64,000 nt of DNA from Acholeplasmataceae bacterium (GCA_963675245.1 OY775910.1:800001-864000); one strand, 5' to 3'; positions 52,353-62,570 are shown, counted from the stretch's first letter. Made by a program: numbers and translations. The notes: generated by a model not told the origin, from the sequence alone.

Positions 52353-53532
52353 AGATATTTTAAAAGAACTAGGTATAGAATTCAGAGAAAATCAAGAACG
52401 TATAACATTTAACATATTAAGTTTAGATGTTTTTTATGACTTTAAAACTAAAAAATTATATATTGATAAGGAGTATTTTTCCAAAATTCCTCATATAAAT
52501 AGAGATGGTAGTATATGTTTATATGGGAATGTTGATTTAGTACTTAAAGAATTAGATGATCATGATGTAATAAAAAAAACATTGGATACATATTTACCGT
52601 GGTTAATTTCAATGTCTCCAGAATTAAAAGTTGCAGAATTTTTAGGTGAGATAAATTTTTTTACACAATATCATCTACATTATAATTATGTAAAAGAAAG
52701 TAAACCAGTTGGTGATTTTAGAATAGTTCACATATCTACTCCTGATGAGCTTTGGGAAACTATTGAAAATCTCAATAATGGAATGAAATATATACTCACT
52801 CCTGATGGATTTGAGAATATTATGGTTTACATACAAAAAAAAGGTGAAGATACATTGATACATTATGATTATCCTTATATAAATTCTTCAAAAAGAGTGA
52901 GTGGAAATAGTTTTGGATTTAAAAATGAATCTATAGGTTTAATTGGTTTAGGATCAGTAAATTCATATTGTCTAAAAATACTTTTATCTAAAGGATACAC
53001 TAAGTTTACATTAGTTGATGATGATATGGTAGAAATAGGTAATATGTTTAGATTTGCATTTCCTTATATTGGTGAAACAAAAATATCTGCAGCCGAAAAA
53101 TTCATCCAAAGTTTAGAAATTGTTGATAATGTTATTCAAAAACAAGAAACAAAAATAAAACTTGATTCTCCTAATTATTTCAATGACTCAGCTCTAATTT
53201 ATGTTTCGGTAGATAATTATGTATCCTGGATAAACATTAACAAATATTTGATTAACAACCAGTTATACAAGAAAAAAGTAGTATTTTTAGGTATAGATGT
53301 ATACGGAAACTATGGGAAATTCATTATGATTGATGTTGATAATCCTATAAAATTTAATCAATTATTTTATGATTTTTTACTATTTAATAGCTCTGAGGAT
53401 CAAAGACATGAAATGGTTGCAAATGGCTGTGGTAATTCTCTAGCAATTTATGGTGAAGGCGATATATTAGAATTGATTAATGAGGTATTAAAAAATGATA
53501 AAAAAAATATGGTTTTCAAAATCGATTTTTGA
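52345..53532 (+). CDS. cap2: CBASS Cap2 (E2-like plus ThiF/E1)
   Basis: PHINRDGSICLY E2-like; GLGSVNS, DDDMVEIGN.FR ThiF-like; NGC near C-terminus. Confidence 0.85.
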   Translation: MIRDILKELGIEFRENQERITFNILSLDVFYDFKTKKLYIDKEYFSKIPHINRDGSICLYGNVDLVLKELDDHDVIKKTLDTYLPWLISMSPELKVAEFLGEINFFTQYHLHYNYVKESKPVGDFRIVHISTPDELWETIENLNNGMKYILTPDGFENIMVYIQKKGEDTLIHYDYPYINSSKRVSGNSFGFKNESIGLIGLGSVNSYCLKILLSKGYTKFTLVDDDMVEIGNMFRFAFPYIGETKISAAEKFIQSLEIVDNVIQKQETKIKLDSPNYFNDSALIYVSVDNYVSWININKYLINNQLYKKKVVFLGIDVYGNYGKFIMIDVDNPIKFNQLFYDFLLFNSSEDQRHEMVANGCGNSLAIYGEGDILELINEVLKNDKKNMVFKIDF

Positions 53533-53908
53533 TTTTGATTTTAATAAACAAGTGTATGATTTACTAGCATTGTATTCAAAAGAAAATACAGAAATGGGTG
53601 GAATGCTCTTTTTAAATAATAAAGAAATTATAGGGATTTCATGTATTAGAGGAAAAAAATATAGTATTTCATTTTTAACTGACAATCCTTCTCTTTTTAT
53701 AGGACCACGTAATGGAATAATTGTTGGAACTTGGCATTCACATCCAGGTGATAATTCCCCATCAATTACTGATTTAGATCAATGGGAAAAATGGGGCAAA
53801 AAGTATATTCACATTATTATAAATACCTTATCGATAAAAGTATATAATTGGAAAGGTAAAGTATTGAAAGACATTGAAATTATAGGTGAAACAAATGAAA
53901 AAAAGTAA
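53495..53908 (+). CDS. cap3: CBASS Cap3 JAB peptidase
   Basis: EMGG, GTWHSHP...PSITD JAMM motif. Confidence 0.88.
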   Translation: MIKKIWFSKSIFDFDFNKQVYDLLALYSKENTEMGGMLFLNNKEIIGISCIRGKKYSISFLTDNPSLFIGPRNGIIVGTWHSHPGDNSPSITDLDQWEKWGKKYIHIIINTLSIKVYNWKGKVLKDIEIIGETNEKK

Positions 53909-54800
53909 CATTTTAATCGATTGGTTTAAAGTTTGTGAAATAGAATTGTTTCATGTTGCTCCAGGGTATTTTGCCATTGCACTTATATTAAATTTAAGCT
54001 TATATTTATATATGTTGACAATTAACTTATGGTTTCTCAGCTCTATCGTTATATACCCTATATTTTATATATTTTTATTAGCAATATATAATTATAGAAA
54101 TAGACTTATTATTAGTGCTGAAGGAACAAGAAAAGAAAAGCATACTTTAAGAAATAAAGCACATTTTCCGTTAGAGAAGATTATAGGGTCTAGAAAAATA
54201 AAATTTGTTTATGATGCTAAATTAAATATTGATGAAAATATAAAAAATATCATGGTTTTAAAAGAAAAAATTAAACCAAATGATGAAATTATCTATTTTG
54301 GTATAGTAAGTGTTCCATATAATGCATTATTGGGCTATATAATAGGTAGTGAACAAGAATACCATATCTATAACTACGATAGAACTCGTTCAATATGGGA
54401 AGATATTACAAGCTTCGATGAAAAACCGGATGTTGTAATGAAGAAGACCATTTATAAATCAAGTACAAAAGTAAATGCATTAATCTCTCTATCATTCAAT
54501 ATTAATCACAATAGCGTGTTTGATAATAAGAGAGATTTAGTGGAATTTAGTATTGAGGATTATAAACTTGATAAAAAAATTGATTATCCACATGTTATTG
54601 ATTTTGTTTTAAAAAATCTTGTTAATTATGAAGAAATTGATTTTTATATAGCTGCAAACAATGGCGTTGTGTTTTATCTTGGGACAAGATTAAGTGATTC
54701 TAATATTCCAGAAACTAGAGTTTTTGAATATAGTGGAAATGCAAGTAAGGGTTATGATTTTTGTATAAATTTGAAAACAAGAGATTCATTTGAACTATGA
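53895..54800 (+). CDS. CBASS 2TM-SAVED effector
   Basis: Two N-terminal TM helices; SAVED-like YFGIVSVP..LLGY, ISLS, FYIAA...FYLG...P...FEY. Confidence 0.8.
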   Translation: MKKSNILIDWFKVCEIELFHVAPGYFAIALILNLSLYLYMLTINLWFLSSIVIYPIFYIFLLAIYNYRNRLIISAEGTRKEKHTLRNKAHFPLEKIIGSRKIKFVYDAKLNIDENIKNIMVLKEKIKPNDEIIYFGIVSVPYNALLGYIIGSEQEYHIYNYDRTRSIWEDITSFDEKPDVVMKKTIYKSSTKVNALISLSFNINHNSVFDNKRDLVEFSIEDYKLDKKIDYPHVIDFVLKNLVNYEEIDFYIAANNGVVFYLGTRLSDSNIPETRVFEYSGNASKGYDFCINLKTRDSFEL

Positions 54801-54814
54801 TAGAGTGTGCAAAG

Positions 54815-54887
54815 AAAGTAAATTGGTTAACTTCATAACTAATTTTAAACACCATAATCTAGAACAACTTTATTTCGAAGTCCATAT
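54815..54887 (+). repeat. att-like repeat, decayed copy
   Basis: Aligns with 55965-56038 (offset 1150): AAAGTAA, AACTTCAT, CACCATAATCTA, TATTT.GAAGT.CATAT. Confidence 0.75.
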
Positions 54888-55091
54888 GTACATGTTAAAA
54901 ATTGATCTAAAAAAGTGTATTGTAGTATAGTAAAATCACTTTGTATTGTTGAAAATTTGTGATTGTATAAATATACTTATGTTTAGTTTGTGAAATAAAA
55001 AGATTTTAGATTTATTAGATTACATAGTTTGAATGGCTTGAAAAATAGAATATGAATCTTATCGGCAATTAATTACAAAGGAGTTAAATTA

Positions 55092-55901
55092 ATGGATGAA
55101 AGAAATGGAAAGTATTATCATGTTGCAATTGAAAGAAAAAATAAAAATAATAAATATGATACTGGTATAATTTCAGAATTAAATATTTTAGATTATGATG
55201 AAGTCAAAAATGATTATGTAATCCCGTATGTTAATAATAAATTGTTTTATATACAAGGGACACAAGTGAGTAAAGATGATATAGTATATTTTAAGGTGTC
55301 TGAAACCAACTTGAAAGCAGAAATTATTTCTAAACAAATAAATCAAAATAACCTTGATCAACGCATTTTCTTAACGTTCACCGATACAGAAGCAGTAATG
55401 ACAAGAAAATATGATATTACATCGAAAATTATAAAAGATTCATTAAAGGAATCTAATATAGAAAATGAAATAAATTTTGAACGTGAGTTAATGTCACACT
55501 TACACGATAGAATATTACAAGTTTCTTATAAAAAATTTTGCGATCTTCATTATGCTGATTCGGTCGAGAGTGCTTTTAAAGAAATTAATTCCAGATTAAA
55601 AAAAATATATAAGAGTAAAACTGGCCTTGAAAAAGATGGTAGAGATTTAATGGCTCATATATTTTCAGATACTAGTCCAATACTACAGTTATCGAGTGAT
55701 TTAGGTTCGATTAAGGGTAGAAATGTTCAAGAAGGTTATAGATTTATTTTTATGGGAGTTATAATTGCTATAAGAAATCCTAAAGCACACGAAAATCAAA
55801 ATATTTCGAAAGACACAGCATATGATAGATTAATATTGGCAAGTTTGTTGATGAAAAAGATTGATGAGGCTATTATCTATAGTAATATTATTGAGCATTG
55901 A
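55092..55901 (+). CDS. TIGR02391-like (HEPN-related) protein with distinct N-terminal domain
   Basis: YADSVESAFKEIN, DGRDLM..F, QEGY...G...IRNPKAH. Confidence 0.75.
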   Translation: MDERNGKYYHVAIERKNKNNKYDTGIISELNILDYDEVKNDYVIPYVNNKLFYIQGTQVSKDDIVYFKVSETNLKAEIISKQINQNNLDQRIFLTFTDTEAVMTRKYDITSKIIKDSLKESNIENEINFERELMSHLHDRILQVSYKKFCDLHYADSVESAFKEINSRLKKIYKSKTGLEKDGRDLMAHIFSDTSPILQLSSDLGSIKGRNVQEGYRFIFMGVIIAIRNPKAHENQNISKDTAYDRLILASLLMKKIDEAIIYSNIIEH

Positions 55902-55964
55902 AATTTGATTTAGATAATAAAGGTACTATTTTTACAACAATTCAATGAGTTCAACACTAATAAT

Positions 55965-56076
55965 AAAGTAAGTGGGTAAACTTCATGGCGTATTTTCGGC
56001 ACCATAATCTAAATTAATAGTATTTTGGAAGTTCATATAGATAGCAAAAAAGTCAACCAAAACGGTTGATTTTTGT
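55965..56076 (+). repeat. att-like repeat, conserved copy of tRNA-Thr 3' end
   Basis: 17-bp identity TATTTTCGGCACCATAA (55991-56007); GAAGTTCATATA at the same +37 offset; same terminator. Confidence 0.9.
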
Positions 56077-56453
56077 TTAAATTAAATTGCTTTTAAGACA
56101 TCAAGTATTACAATATAGATGCTAAGTATGTAGAGGATCAACTACTTAGTTCTCTTTATTATGTAACAGATTAAAATATTGAACGATATAAGTGAGATAT
56201 GAAGATATATAAACGATGGTATATATTTTATATTGATAATTTTTGTAATTAATAAAATTTTTAGGATATAATAGGGTTAATATTAGAAACTAATCGTATA
56301 AATGCATACACCAATTCAAGTATATACATTTATTTTTTATGGGGAGATTAAAGATGCTTTTGGTTAAAAAGGGAAACTTAAATGAATTCTCTTCCTTTTA
56401 TGCGAGATCATACAAAAACAATAAATATATGTTTGTAAAGAGAGGCGATTGAT

Positions 56454-56948
56454 TTGGATGAAATTAAGATTAATACTGATTCTAGTTTAGATGATTATGT
56501 TAAGTTTAATCTGTTTGCTTTAGAAAAATATCATAAGATATCACTGCAATACAATTTATTAATCATTACGTGTATTTTATCATTTGGTATAGCCTTTATC
56601 ATAGAAGAGAAAGTACTTTTCATGTTGTTAGGAACGTTTTCTCTTGCTTATAGAATTTTTCACCCCATTTTTGTTAAGAGATTGATTAAGAAACAAGTAA
56701 AAGATTCACCATCTATAATTAGCAGTAGTGAATTAACAATCAACGAAGATGAAATAATGGAAGTATCAGAAACCACAACAACAAAAGTTAAATGGAAGAA
56801 TATATTTTCATTTGATGAAGATAATGAATTGATATATATTTTTCACACAAAGATACAAGCATTCATAATACAAAAAAGAAATCTTAATGATCAGGCATTA
56901 TATCATTTGCAAAAATGGTCTAAAGCAGAGAAAAACGACAGTCAATAG
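56454..56948 (+). CDS. YcxB-like membrane protein
   Basis: Two TM helices, then KW..I...E.....YIF....AFII.KR; GAGG RBS with TTG start. Confidence 0.7.
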   Translation: MDEIKINTDSSLDDYVKFNLFALEKYHKISLQYNLLIITCILSFGIAFIIEEKVLFMLLGTFSLAYRIFHPIFVKRLIKKQVKDSPSIISSSELTINEDEIMEVSETTTTKVKWKNIFSFDEDNELIYIFHTKIQAFIIQKRNLNDQALYHLQKWSKAEKNDSQ

Positions 56949-56958
56949 AGGTAATTTA

Positions 56959-58248
56959 ATGATTAATAAACCAATTGTTGTGTTCGGTTCAGTTGCGCTT
57001 TCTAACATATATATTGAGGAAGAATTTAATGAGTTCATAAAAATTGAACAGATAACGAACACATTACAAAATGATTTAAGATTTGATTGGGATTTTGAAA
57101 TCAATAACACACCTTATATGGAAGCTTTTTCACGCTCTAAAAGTTCCTACCAAAGAATTACGTTTAGAGAAATTATTGCTGCTGTTAGAATAAATGAAGA
57201 CTACATCAAAGAATTGAATGGCAATAATGAAGAAATGAGCATACAAAAAAACGCTAAAGTTTATTTTTTTAGAAATGGTAATGTAGTATTGTTGACAAAA
57301 TATGAATTCGAAGAATCTTTTCAAACGATAAAATCATATGAAGATACTATTAATACTTTACATAAAAATATTCCAATGTATCTCAAAAAAATATTTTGGG
57401 AATGCGTAGATTTATACCGACAAACAATTCTGAAGTGCAATTATAGACATATATTTACGTTCAATGAGAAAATATATGAGAACAACATTGATGAACGCAC
57501 AATGAGATTTTCAATAGTCAATCATTTCTTCAATCATTCAATTGATCAAATCAATCAATTTTTTGAAAGTTGTGAAACAATCCACACGAATGAAGTAATT
57601 ACTAACGATAAGATGACTATTAGATTAGGATGGACACATTCTATTTTTATGTCAAAAGATAAAATATTTGAAGATGTTTATAATGTTAACCTCTATTCAA
57701 TGTACTTATTAATCATCTTAGCTAATTGGGCTGGATTGGACTGTCTACGCTTCAATTTACTTAATATAGAAAAATATTATAATTGTAATATATTTAATAA
57801 AAAAGTTCCCTTTAGAGAAATAACGAAAATCAAAGACGTATTGAACAGGTATGTTTTCAAGATAAAAGAAGTATTCAACACCCTAGATAGTTATCAATCA
57901 ACAAACCATCCAAAATCAAAGTATATTCTAAATATGTATCAAAAGGTGTTTGAGGAGAAAGAAGCAGCTCAAAGTGTTAATAATAAAATAGACTTATTGA
58001 TGCAAAAAATAAATTACTTACACGACAATCAAAAGGGTAGTTTAAACAATTCAATGAATATGATTTTATTCATATTGGCTACGATTTCGGTGATATCTAC
58101 TGTCGATTTAATATATAAGATAATTTCTGATTATCCTATCGTTTCTAGTATAATCATATTTGCTGTATCTATAGTCTCGTTATTTGTTATATTTATTTTA
58201 GTTTTTAAACATAGATTAGGTATTTTTGATTCTATTAAAAATAAGTAA
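56959..58248 (+). CDS. Hypothetical protein with C-terminal coiled coil and 2 TM helices (CorA-like tail)
   Basis: GAGG RBS; long soluble region, then NNSMNMILFILATISVI...IIIFAVSIVSLFVIFILVF. Confidence 0.6.
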   Translation: MINKPIVVFGSVALSNIYIEEEFNEFIKIEQITNTLQNDLRFDWDFEINNTPYMEAFSRSKSSYQRITFREIIAAVRINEDYIKELNGNNEEMSIQKNAKVYFFRNGNVVLLTKYEFEESFQTIKSYEDTINTLHKNIPMYLKKIFWECVDLYRQTILKCNYRHIFTFNEKIYENNIDERTMRFSIVNHFFNHSIDQINQFFESCETIHTNEVITNDKMTIRLGWTHSIFMSKDKIFEDVYNVNLYSMYLLIILANWAGLDCLRFNLLNIEKYYNCNIFNKKVPFREITKIKDVLNRYVFKIKEVFNTLDSYQSTNHPKSKYILNMYQKVFEEKEAAQSVNNKIDLLMQKINYLHDNQKGSLNNSMNMILFILATISVISTVDLIYKIISDYPIVSSIIIFAVSIVSLFVIFILVFKHRLGIFDSIKNK

Positions 58249-58410
58249 TTCGGAGAAATTCATGTAATTATTCTCTAATAGAAAAACAGTAAATGGGTTT
58301 CACAACATATTAGGATTTGATTTTTATATAAAAAATCATATGATATAATAAAAAAAACAAACGTTTCAAAAAGAGATATTAGGAACGTATTAAAGCAAGG
58401 AGGGGTTTAT

Positions 58411-59283
58411 ATGCCATCAGGTTCACATGGTGGAGGAGGCGGAAGCCACGGAGGTGGTGGTTTCGGGGGTTCTGGATTTAGGGGATCACACACACCAAGA
58501 CAATCATATGTTCATCGACATAATGTTTTTCATCCACCACACAGATATTATTTTTTCGGAAGAGTGTATTCTGTCGGTTCTTATAGATACTATACAATGT
58601 CAAAAATAAGCACGTGGATATTCTTTGCTTTTGTAGCGGTGCTTGTATGTGGTGTTTTCTTTTTTCAACAACAATCCGCGATTAACCAAGTTAAATCAGA
58701 TCAGGCTTATTATTTCAACATGATTGAAAATGCGGATTCAGATCAATATATGACTGCTGTTGTAAGAAATCAATATGAAGGTGATGGTGGGAAGTATTAT
58801 ATCACCTATAATTTAGTAGTTAATAACAACTATCTTTGGGCTGAAGATGGATATACATATTCTATATACACCATGGAAGAAGCATCCGCTATATTTCAAG
58901 CAGGTGAAATCGACATTGTTGTTGATAGACTTCCTTTAACTATCAACACCGATTCAATCAATGCTGATTATATGGATTATAGTCTATCAGATGATGGTTA
59001 TTATAGTCATGCTGTACTCATGAGAACTATTATCATCATTGCAGGTAGTGTTGCTGTGATAGCGGTACTTGGCTTTGCATCATACTATTTCAAAATGATG
59101 TTCTCATATCAATTAACCGGAGAAGAAAAAACAAATTTATTCAGTGAAAAGAAGGATGAAAATCCAAATGAAAAAACAGAATATTGTTTGTATTGTGGAT
59201 CAGTAATGTCTAAAGATGATGATAAGTGTCCGAAATGTGGATCAGCAAGATCATATACATCAGATGATTATGTGGATGTATAA
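58411..59283 (+). CDS. Hypothetical membrane protein with Gly-rich N-terminus and C-terminal zinc ribbon
   Basis: AGGAGG RBS; GSHGGGG repeats; 2 TM; CLYC...CPKC. Confidence 0.75.
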   Translation: MPSGSHGGGGGSHGGGGFGGSGFRGSHTPRQSYVHRHNVFHPPHRYYFFGRVYSVGSYRYYTMSKISTWIFFAFVAVLVCGVFFFQQQSAINQVKSDQAYYFNMIENADSDQYMTAVVRNQYEGDGGKYYITYNLVVNNNYLWAEDGYTYSIYTMEEASAIFQAGEIDIVVDRLPLTINTDSINADYMDYSLSDDGYYSHAVLMRTIIIIAGSVAVIAVLGFASYYFKMMFSYQLTGEEKTNLFSEKKDENPNEKTEYCLYCGSVMSKDDDKCPKCGSARSYTSDDYVDV

Positions 59284-59472
59284 GCATACAGACGAAAAGC
59301 GATGTTATAAATCGCTTTTTCTTTTAAATAGAAGTGATGCTTATGTAGTGTAGATGAAGGGAAATTTATGTGATAAAATCATAAATTAATAGATTTTCTT
59401 TGAAAATCATATTTAAATTATGCAAACAGTATTGTATAATAAACTAAAATAACGTTTAATTGGGGAGATAAA

Positions 59473-59928
59473 ATGGAAAAAACAGTCAGTAATTCAAGTG
59501 GTAATTCATTTCAGATCATTGAGAGTGTATGGACGGGGAAATCGAAAATTTTAGTGGATGGTAATCCAACAAAAAAACTAAATAGGAAATCATTTAGTTA
59601 TGAGTCAGATGATCAAACCTATTCAATCAAGTTGACAGGTAATTCACTTTTTGGTATGTCCTTAGATGTTAATGGAGAGACAATTGAGGTGCTTAAAAAA
59701 CTTCATCCACTAGAAATTATCGTTTCTTTAATACCAGTCATTTTAGTATTCTTAGGTGGTGCACTTGGCGGTTTAATAGGAGCTGGTGCTATCATTATCA
59801 ATTTATCTGTTATGAGGAATACAGATAAAATTCTAATTAAAATTATTGAACCTCTCGCTGTCAGTGTTGCTGCATATTATTTATACTTATTAATCGCAAC
59901 CTATATTTGGTCAGCAATCAATTTATAG
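59473..59928 (+). CDS. Hypothetical membrane protein
   Basis: GGGGAG RBS; GGALGGLIG TM hairpin. Confidence 0.7.
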   Translation: MEKTVSNSSGNSFQIIESVWTGKSKILVDGNPTKKLNRKSFSYESDDQTYSIKLTGNSLFGMSLDVNGETIEVLKKLHPLEIIVSLIPVILVFLGGALGGLIGAGAIIINLSVMRNTDKILIKIIEPLAVSVAAYYLYLLIATYIWSAINL

Positions 59929-60023
59929 AATAGTGTTTTAACTTTATTTAATAAAATAATGAAGATTTCATGATCACAAAAAGATAAAAAAATCACTTTT
60001 CAAAAAGTGATTTTTCTTTTGAT

Positions 60024-62051
60024 TTAAATTTTAAGTAATCTAGCATTAATAGCAACAATGATTGTGCTTAATGACATTAGGATTGCACCAATGGCAGGAC
60101 TTAAGATAATACCTATACCACTTAATACACCAGCAGCAAGCGGTAAAGCAATTAAATTATAACCTGTCGCCCATGCTAAATTTTGAATCATCTTTCTATA
60201 GGTTGCTTTTGATAATTTAATGATATTGGTGACATCTAATGGATTGCTTTTAACGAGTATGACATCAGCTGTTTCTATTGCGACATCTGTGCCAACACCA
60301 ATGGCTATACCCAAGTGTGCTTTAGCCAGTGCGGGGGCATCATTAATACCATCACCAGTCATCGCAACCCGTTTTCCAGATTTAACCAATTCATCAATCT
60401 TGTCTGCTTTTTCATCTGGTAAAACTTCAGCAATCACTTTATCAATACCTATTTGATCAGCGATTGATTGTGCGATTTCTTTGTTATCACCAGTGAGCAT
60501 GATGGATTCAATACCCATATCTTTCAACATGGAAACTGCTTCTCTAGAGGTTTCTCTGACAACATCACTTAGTGCGATAAAACCGATTAGTTCATCATTT
60601 TTAATCACAGAAACAATCGTTTGTTTTTGTTTACTTAAATCTTTTAAGATTCCTTCATCAAATTTAATCTTTTGTTTCTTTAAATAATTTGGACTAACTA
60701 ATTCAATTTTATCTTTACCAATATAACCAAATAATCCATGTCCAGGGTTTGCTTTCACATCTTTTGCATTAACTAATTTTAGCTTTCTTTTTTCAGCTTC
60801 TTGAACTATACCTTTTGCGATGGGATGTTCTGATTTACTCTCCAAAGCGTAAGCAAGACTTAATACATCATCTTCATCATTGTCGATTGTAACGATTTGA
60901 CTGACTTCAAATTCACCTTTAGTGAGTGTACCAGTCTTATCAAATACAACGGTATCTATATGTCTAGCTTGTTCGAAGTGTGATTGATTTCTTATTAGGA
61001 CGCCATGTTTTGCACCTAAGCTGGATGACATAGCATTAACTAATGGTGTAGCTAGTCCTAAAGCGTGAGGACAAGCAATAATAATGACAGTCACAGCTCT
61101 TTCGATAGCATTATCAAGATTGAAGTCTAAGAAATACCAAACCAAGAAAGTTGATAGTCCAGCGATGATTGCTATATAAAATAAGTACTTAGCTGCGGTA
61201 TCCGCTAATCTTTGCGTTTTAGAACGTTTACTTTGAGCATCTCTTACCATGGTTACGACTTTTGATAAGAATGTATCATCACCGATATGACTTACTTGAT
61301 ATTTAAATGAACCTGATGAATTAATTGATCCCCCAATAACTTCATCACTTTCATCTTTATCAACTGGCATAGACTCACCTGTTAACATTGACTCATCAAT
61401 CGAAGTAGAACCTTCAGTAATGGTACCATCAAGTGGAATCTTTTCACCAGGTTTGACTAATAATATCATACCTACTTCAATATCATCAATAGAGATATCA
61501 TCTACATGATCATCATGTACGACATGTGCCGTATCTGGCATCAGCTTTAATAATGATTCCAAAGCTCTTGATGCACCTAAAACAGATTTCATTTCAATCC
61601 AATGTCCTAATAACATAATTGAAATCAAAGAAGATAATTCCCAGAAGAAATCAGTTCCTGTTTGCATGATGGTGGTATAGACACTATAAATGTAAGAAAC
61701 GGATATAGCGAGTGCGATTAAGGACATCATTGCAGGTGCTTTTTCTTTAAGTTCATCAACGGTCCCTTTGAAGAAAGGTTTACCACCGTAAATAAATAAG
61801 ATTGAACTTAAGACGAGTAAGATAATATAATCACCTAAAAAATCTATTGAATAGTTAAAAAATGTTTGAATCATAGGCGATAAAACAAGAATAGGAATTA
61901 AAAGAATAATTGAAATAAAAAACCTTTTTTTAAAATCATTCACCATCATCATGTGATGGTCTTGGTGGTCATGATGATCATGATGCTCTGTGTGATGTTG
62001 ATGTTCGTGACTTTTCATGTCTTGATGATGCATTGAGTCATGATTTTCCAT
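60024..62051 (-). CDS. copB: Copper-exporting P1B-type ATPase (CopB-like, His-rich N-terminus)
   Basis: His-rich N-terminus, TGES, CPHALG, DKTGT, HP, GDGIND, YN...MSLST. Confidence 0.9.
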   Translation of the reverse strand: MENHDSMHHQDMKSHEHQHHTEHHDHHDHQDHHMMMVNDFKKRFFISIILLIPILVLSPMIQTFFNYSIDFLGDYIILLVLSSILFIYGGKPFFKGTVDELKEKAPAMMSLIALAISVSYIYSVYTTIMQTGTDFFWELSSLISIMLLGHWIEMKSVLGASRALESLLKLMPDTAHVVHDDHVDDISIDDIEVGMILLVKPGEKIPLDGTITEGSTSIDESMLTGESMPVDKDESDEVIGGSINSSGSFKYQVSHIGDDTFLSKVVTMVRDAQSKRSKTQRLADTAAKYLFYIAIIAGLSTFLVWYFLDFNLDNAIERAVTVIIIACPHALGLATPLVNAMSSSLGAKHGVLIRNQSHFEQARHIDTVVFDKTGTLTKGEFEVSQIVTIDNDEDDVLSLAYALESKSEHPIAKGIVQEAEKRKLKLVNAKDVKANPGHGLFGYIGKDKIELVSPNYLKKQKIKFDEGILKDLSKQKQTIVSVIKNDELIGFIALSDVVRETSREAVSMLKDMGIESIMLTGDNKEIAQSIADQIGIDKVIAEVLPDEKADKIDELVKSGKRVAMTGDGINDAPALAKAHLGIAIGVGTDVAIETADVILVKSNPLDVTNIIKLSKATYRKMIQNLAWATGYNLIALPLAAGVLSGIGIILSPAIGAILMSLSTIIVAINARLLKI

Positions 62052-62180
62052 ACTGTACCTCCTTTAAAAACAATCATGCATTCACAATGACTGCTGACAA
62101 TGTTAATTAAATCACAGTAAAATGGCTGTGTTTTCACTTTGAGTTTAACACTCAGAAAGTTTTGATGCAAGAAATACAGT

Positions 62181-62213
62181 ATTCATAATTCATTCACATT
62201 TATTTGTTATGAT
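62181..62213 (+). promoter_or_regulatory. Putative OmpR-type direct-repeat operator plus extended -10
   Basis: ATTCATAAT-N2-ATTCACATT followed by TGTTATGAT. Confidence 0.5.
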
Positions 62214-62231
62214 GAATGTGAGGTGGAACAA

Positions 62232-62570
62232 ATGAAAAAAAGAAATATCATTATTTTTGTTATCATTATGTCAGTTTTAGTGACAGCAACAGTTTTAATG
62301 TGGGTATTTGGTCCACGTTTACTACCTGATTGGGAATATACAATGTATGGTCATATGATGGGAGGTTGGGTTATGCCATTTGGTATGTTAGGTGTTGGTT
62401 TATTTTGGTTAGTTGTAATTTATGTCGTTATTCGCGGTTTTGATCATAATGGATTTATAGGTAACAAGCAACAAAATTCAATCGATATATTAAATAAACG
62501 ATTAGCAAACGGTGAAATAACAGTTCAAGAATACGAAGAAATTAAAAGAAAACTTAAAGGTGAGTCATAA
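62232..62570 (+). CDS. SHOCT-domain membrane protein
   Basis: GHMMGG, 2 TM, ILNKRLANGEITVQEYEE. Confidence 0.8.
   Translation: MKKRNIIIFVIIMSVLVTATVLMWVFGPRLLPDWEYTMYGHMMGGWVMPFGMLGVGLFWLVVIYVVIRGFDHNGFIGNKQQNSIDILNKRLANGEITVQEYEEIKRKLKGES

Noticed and set aside
49540..58300. Prophage or ICE at tRNA-Thr
   Set aside because: No integrase, structural, replication or conjugation genes are recognisable.
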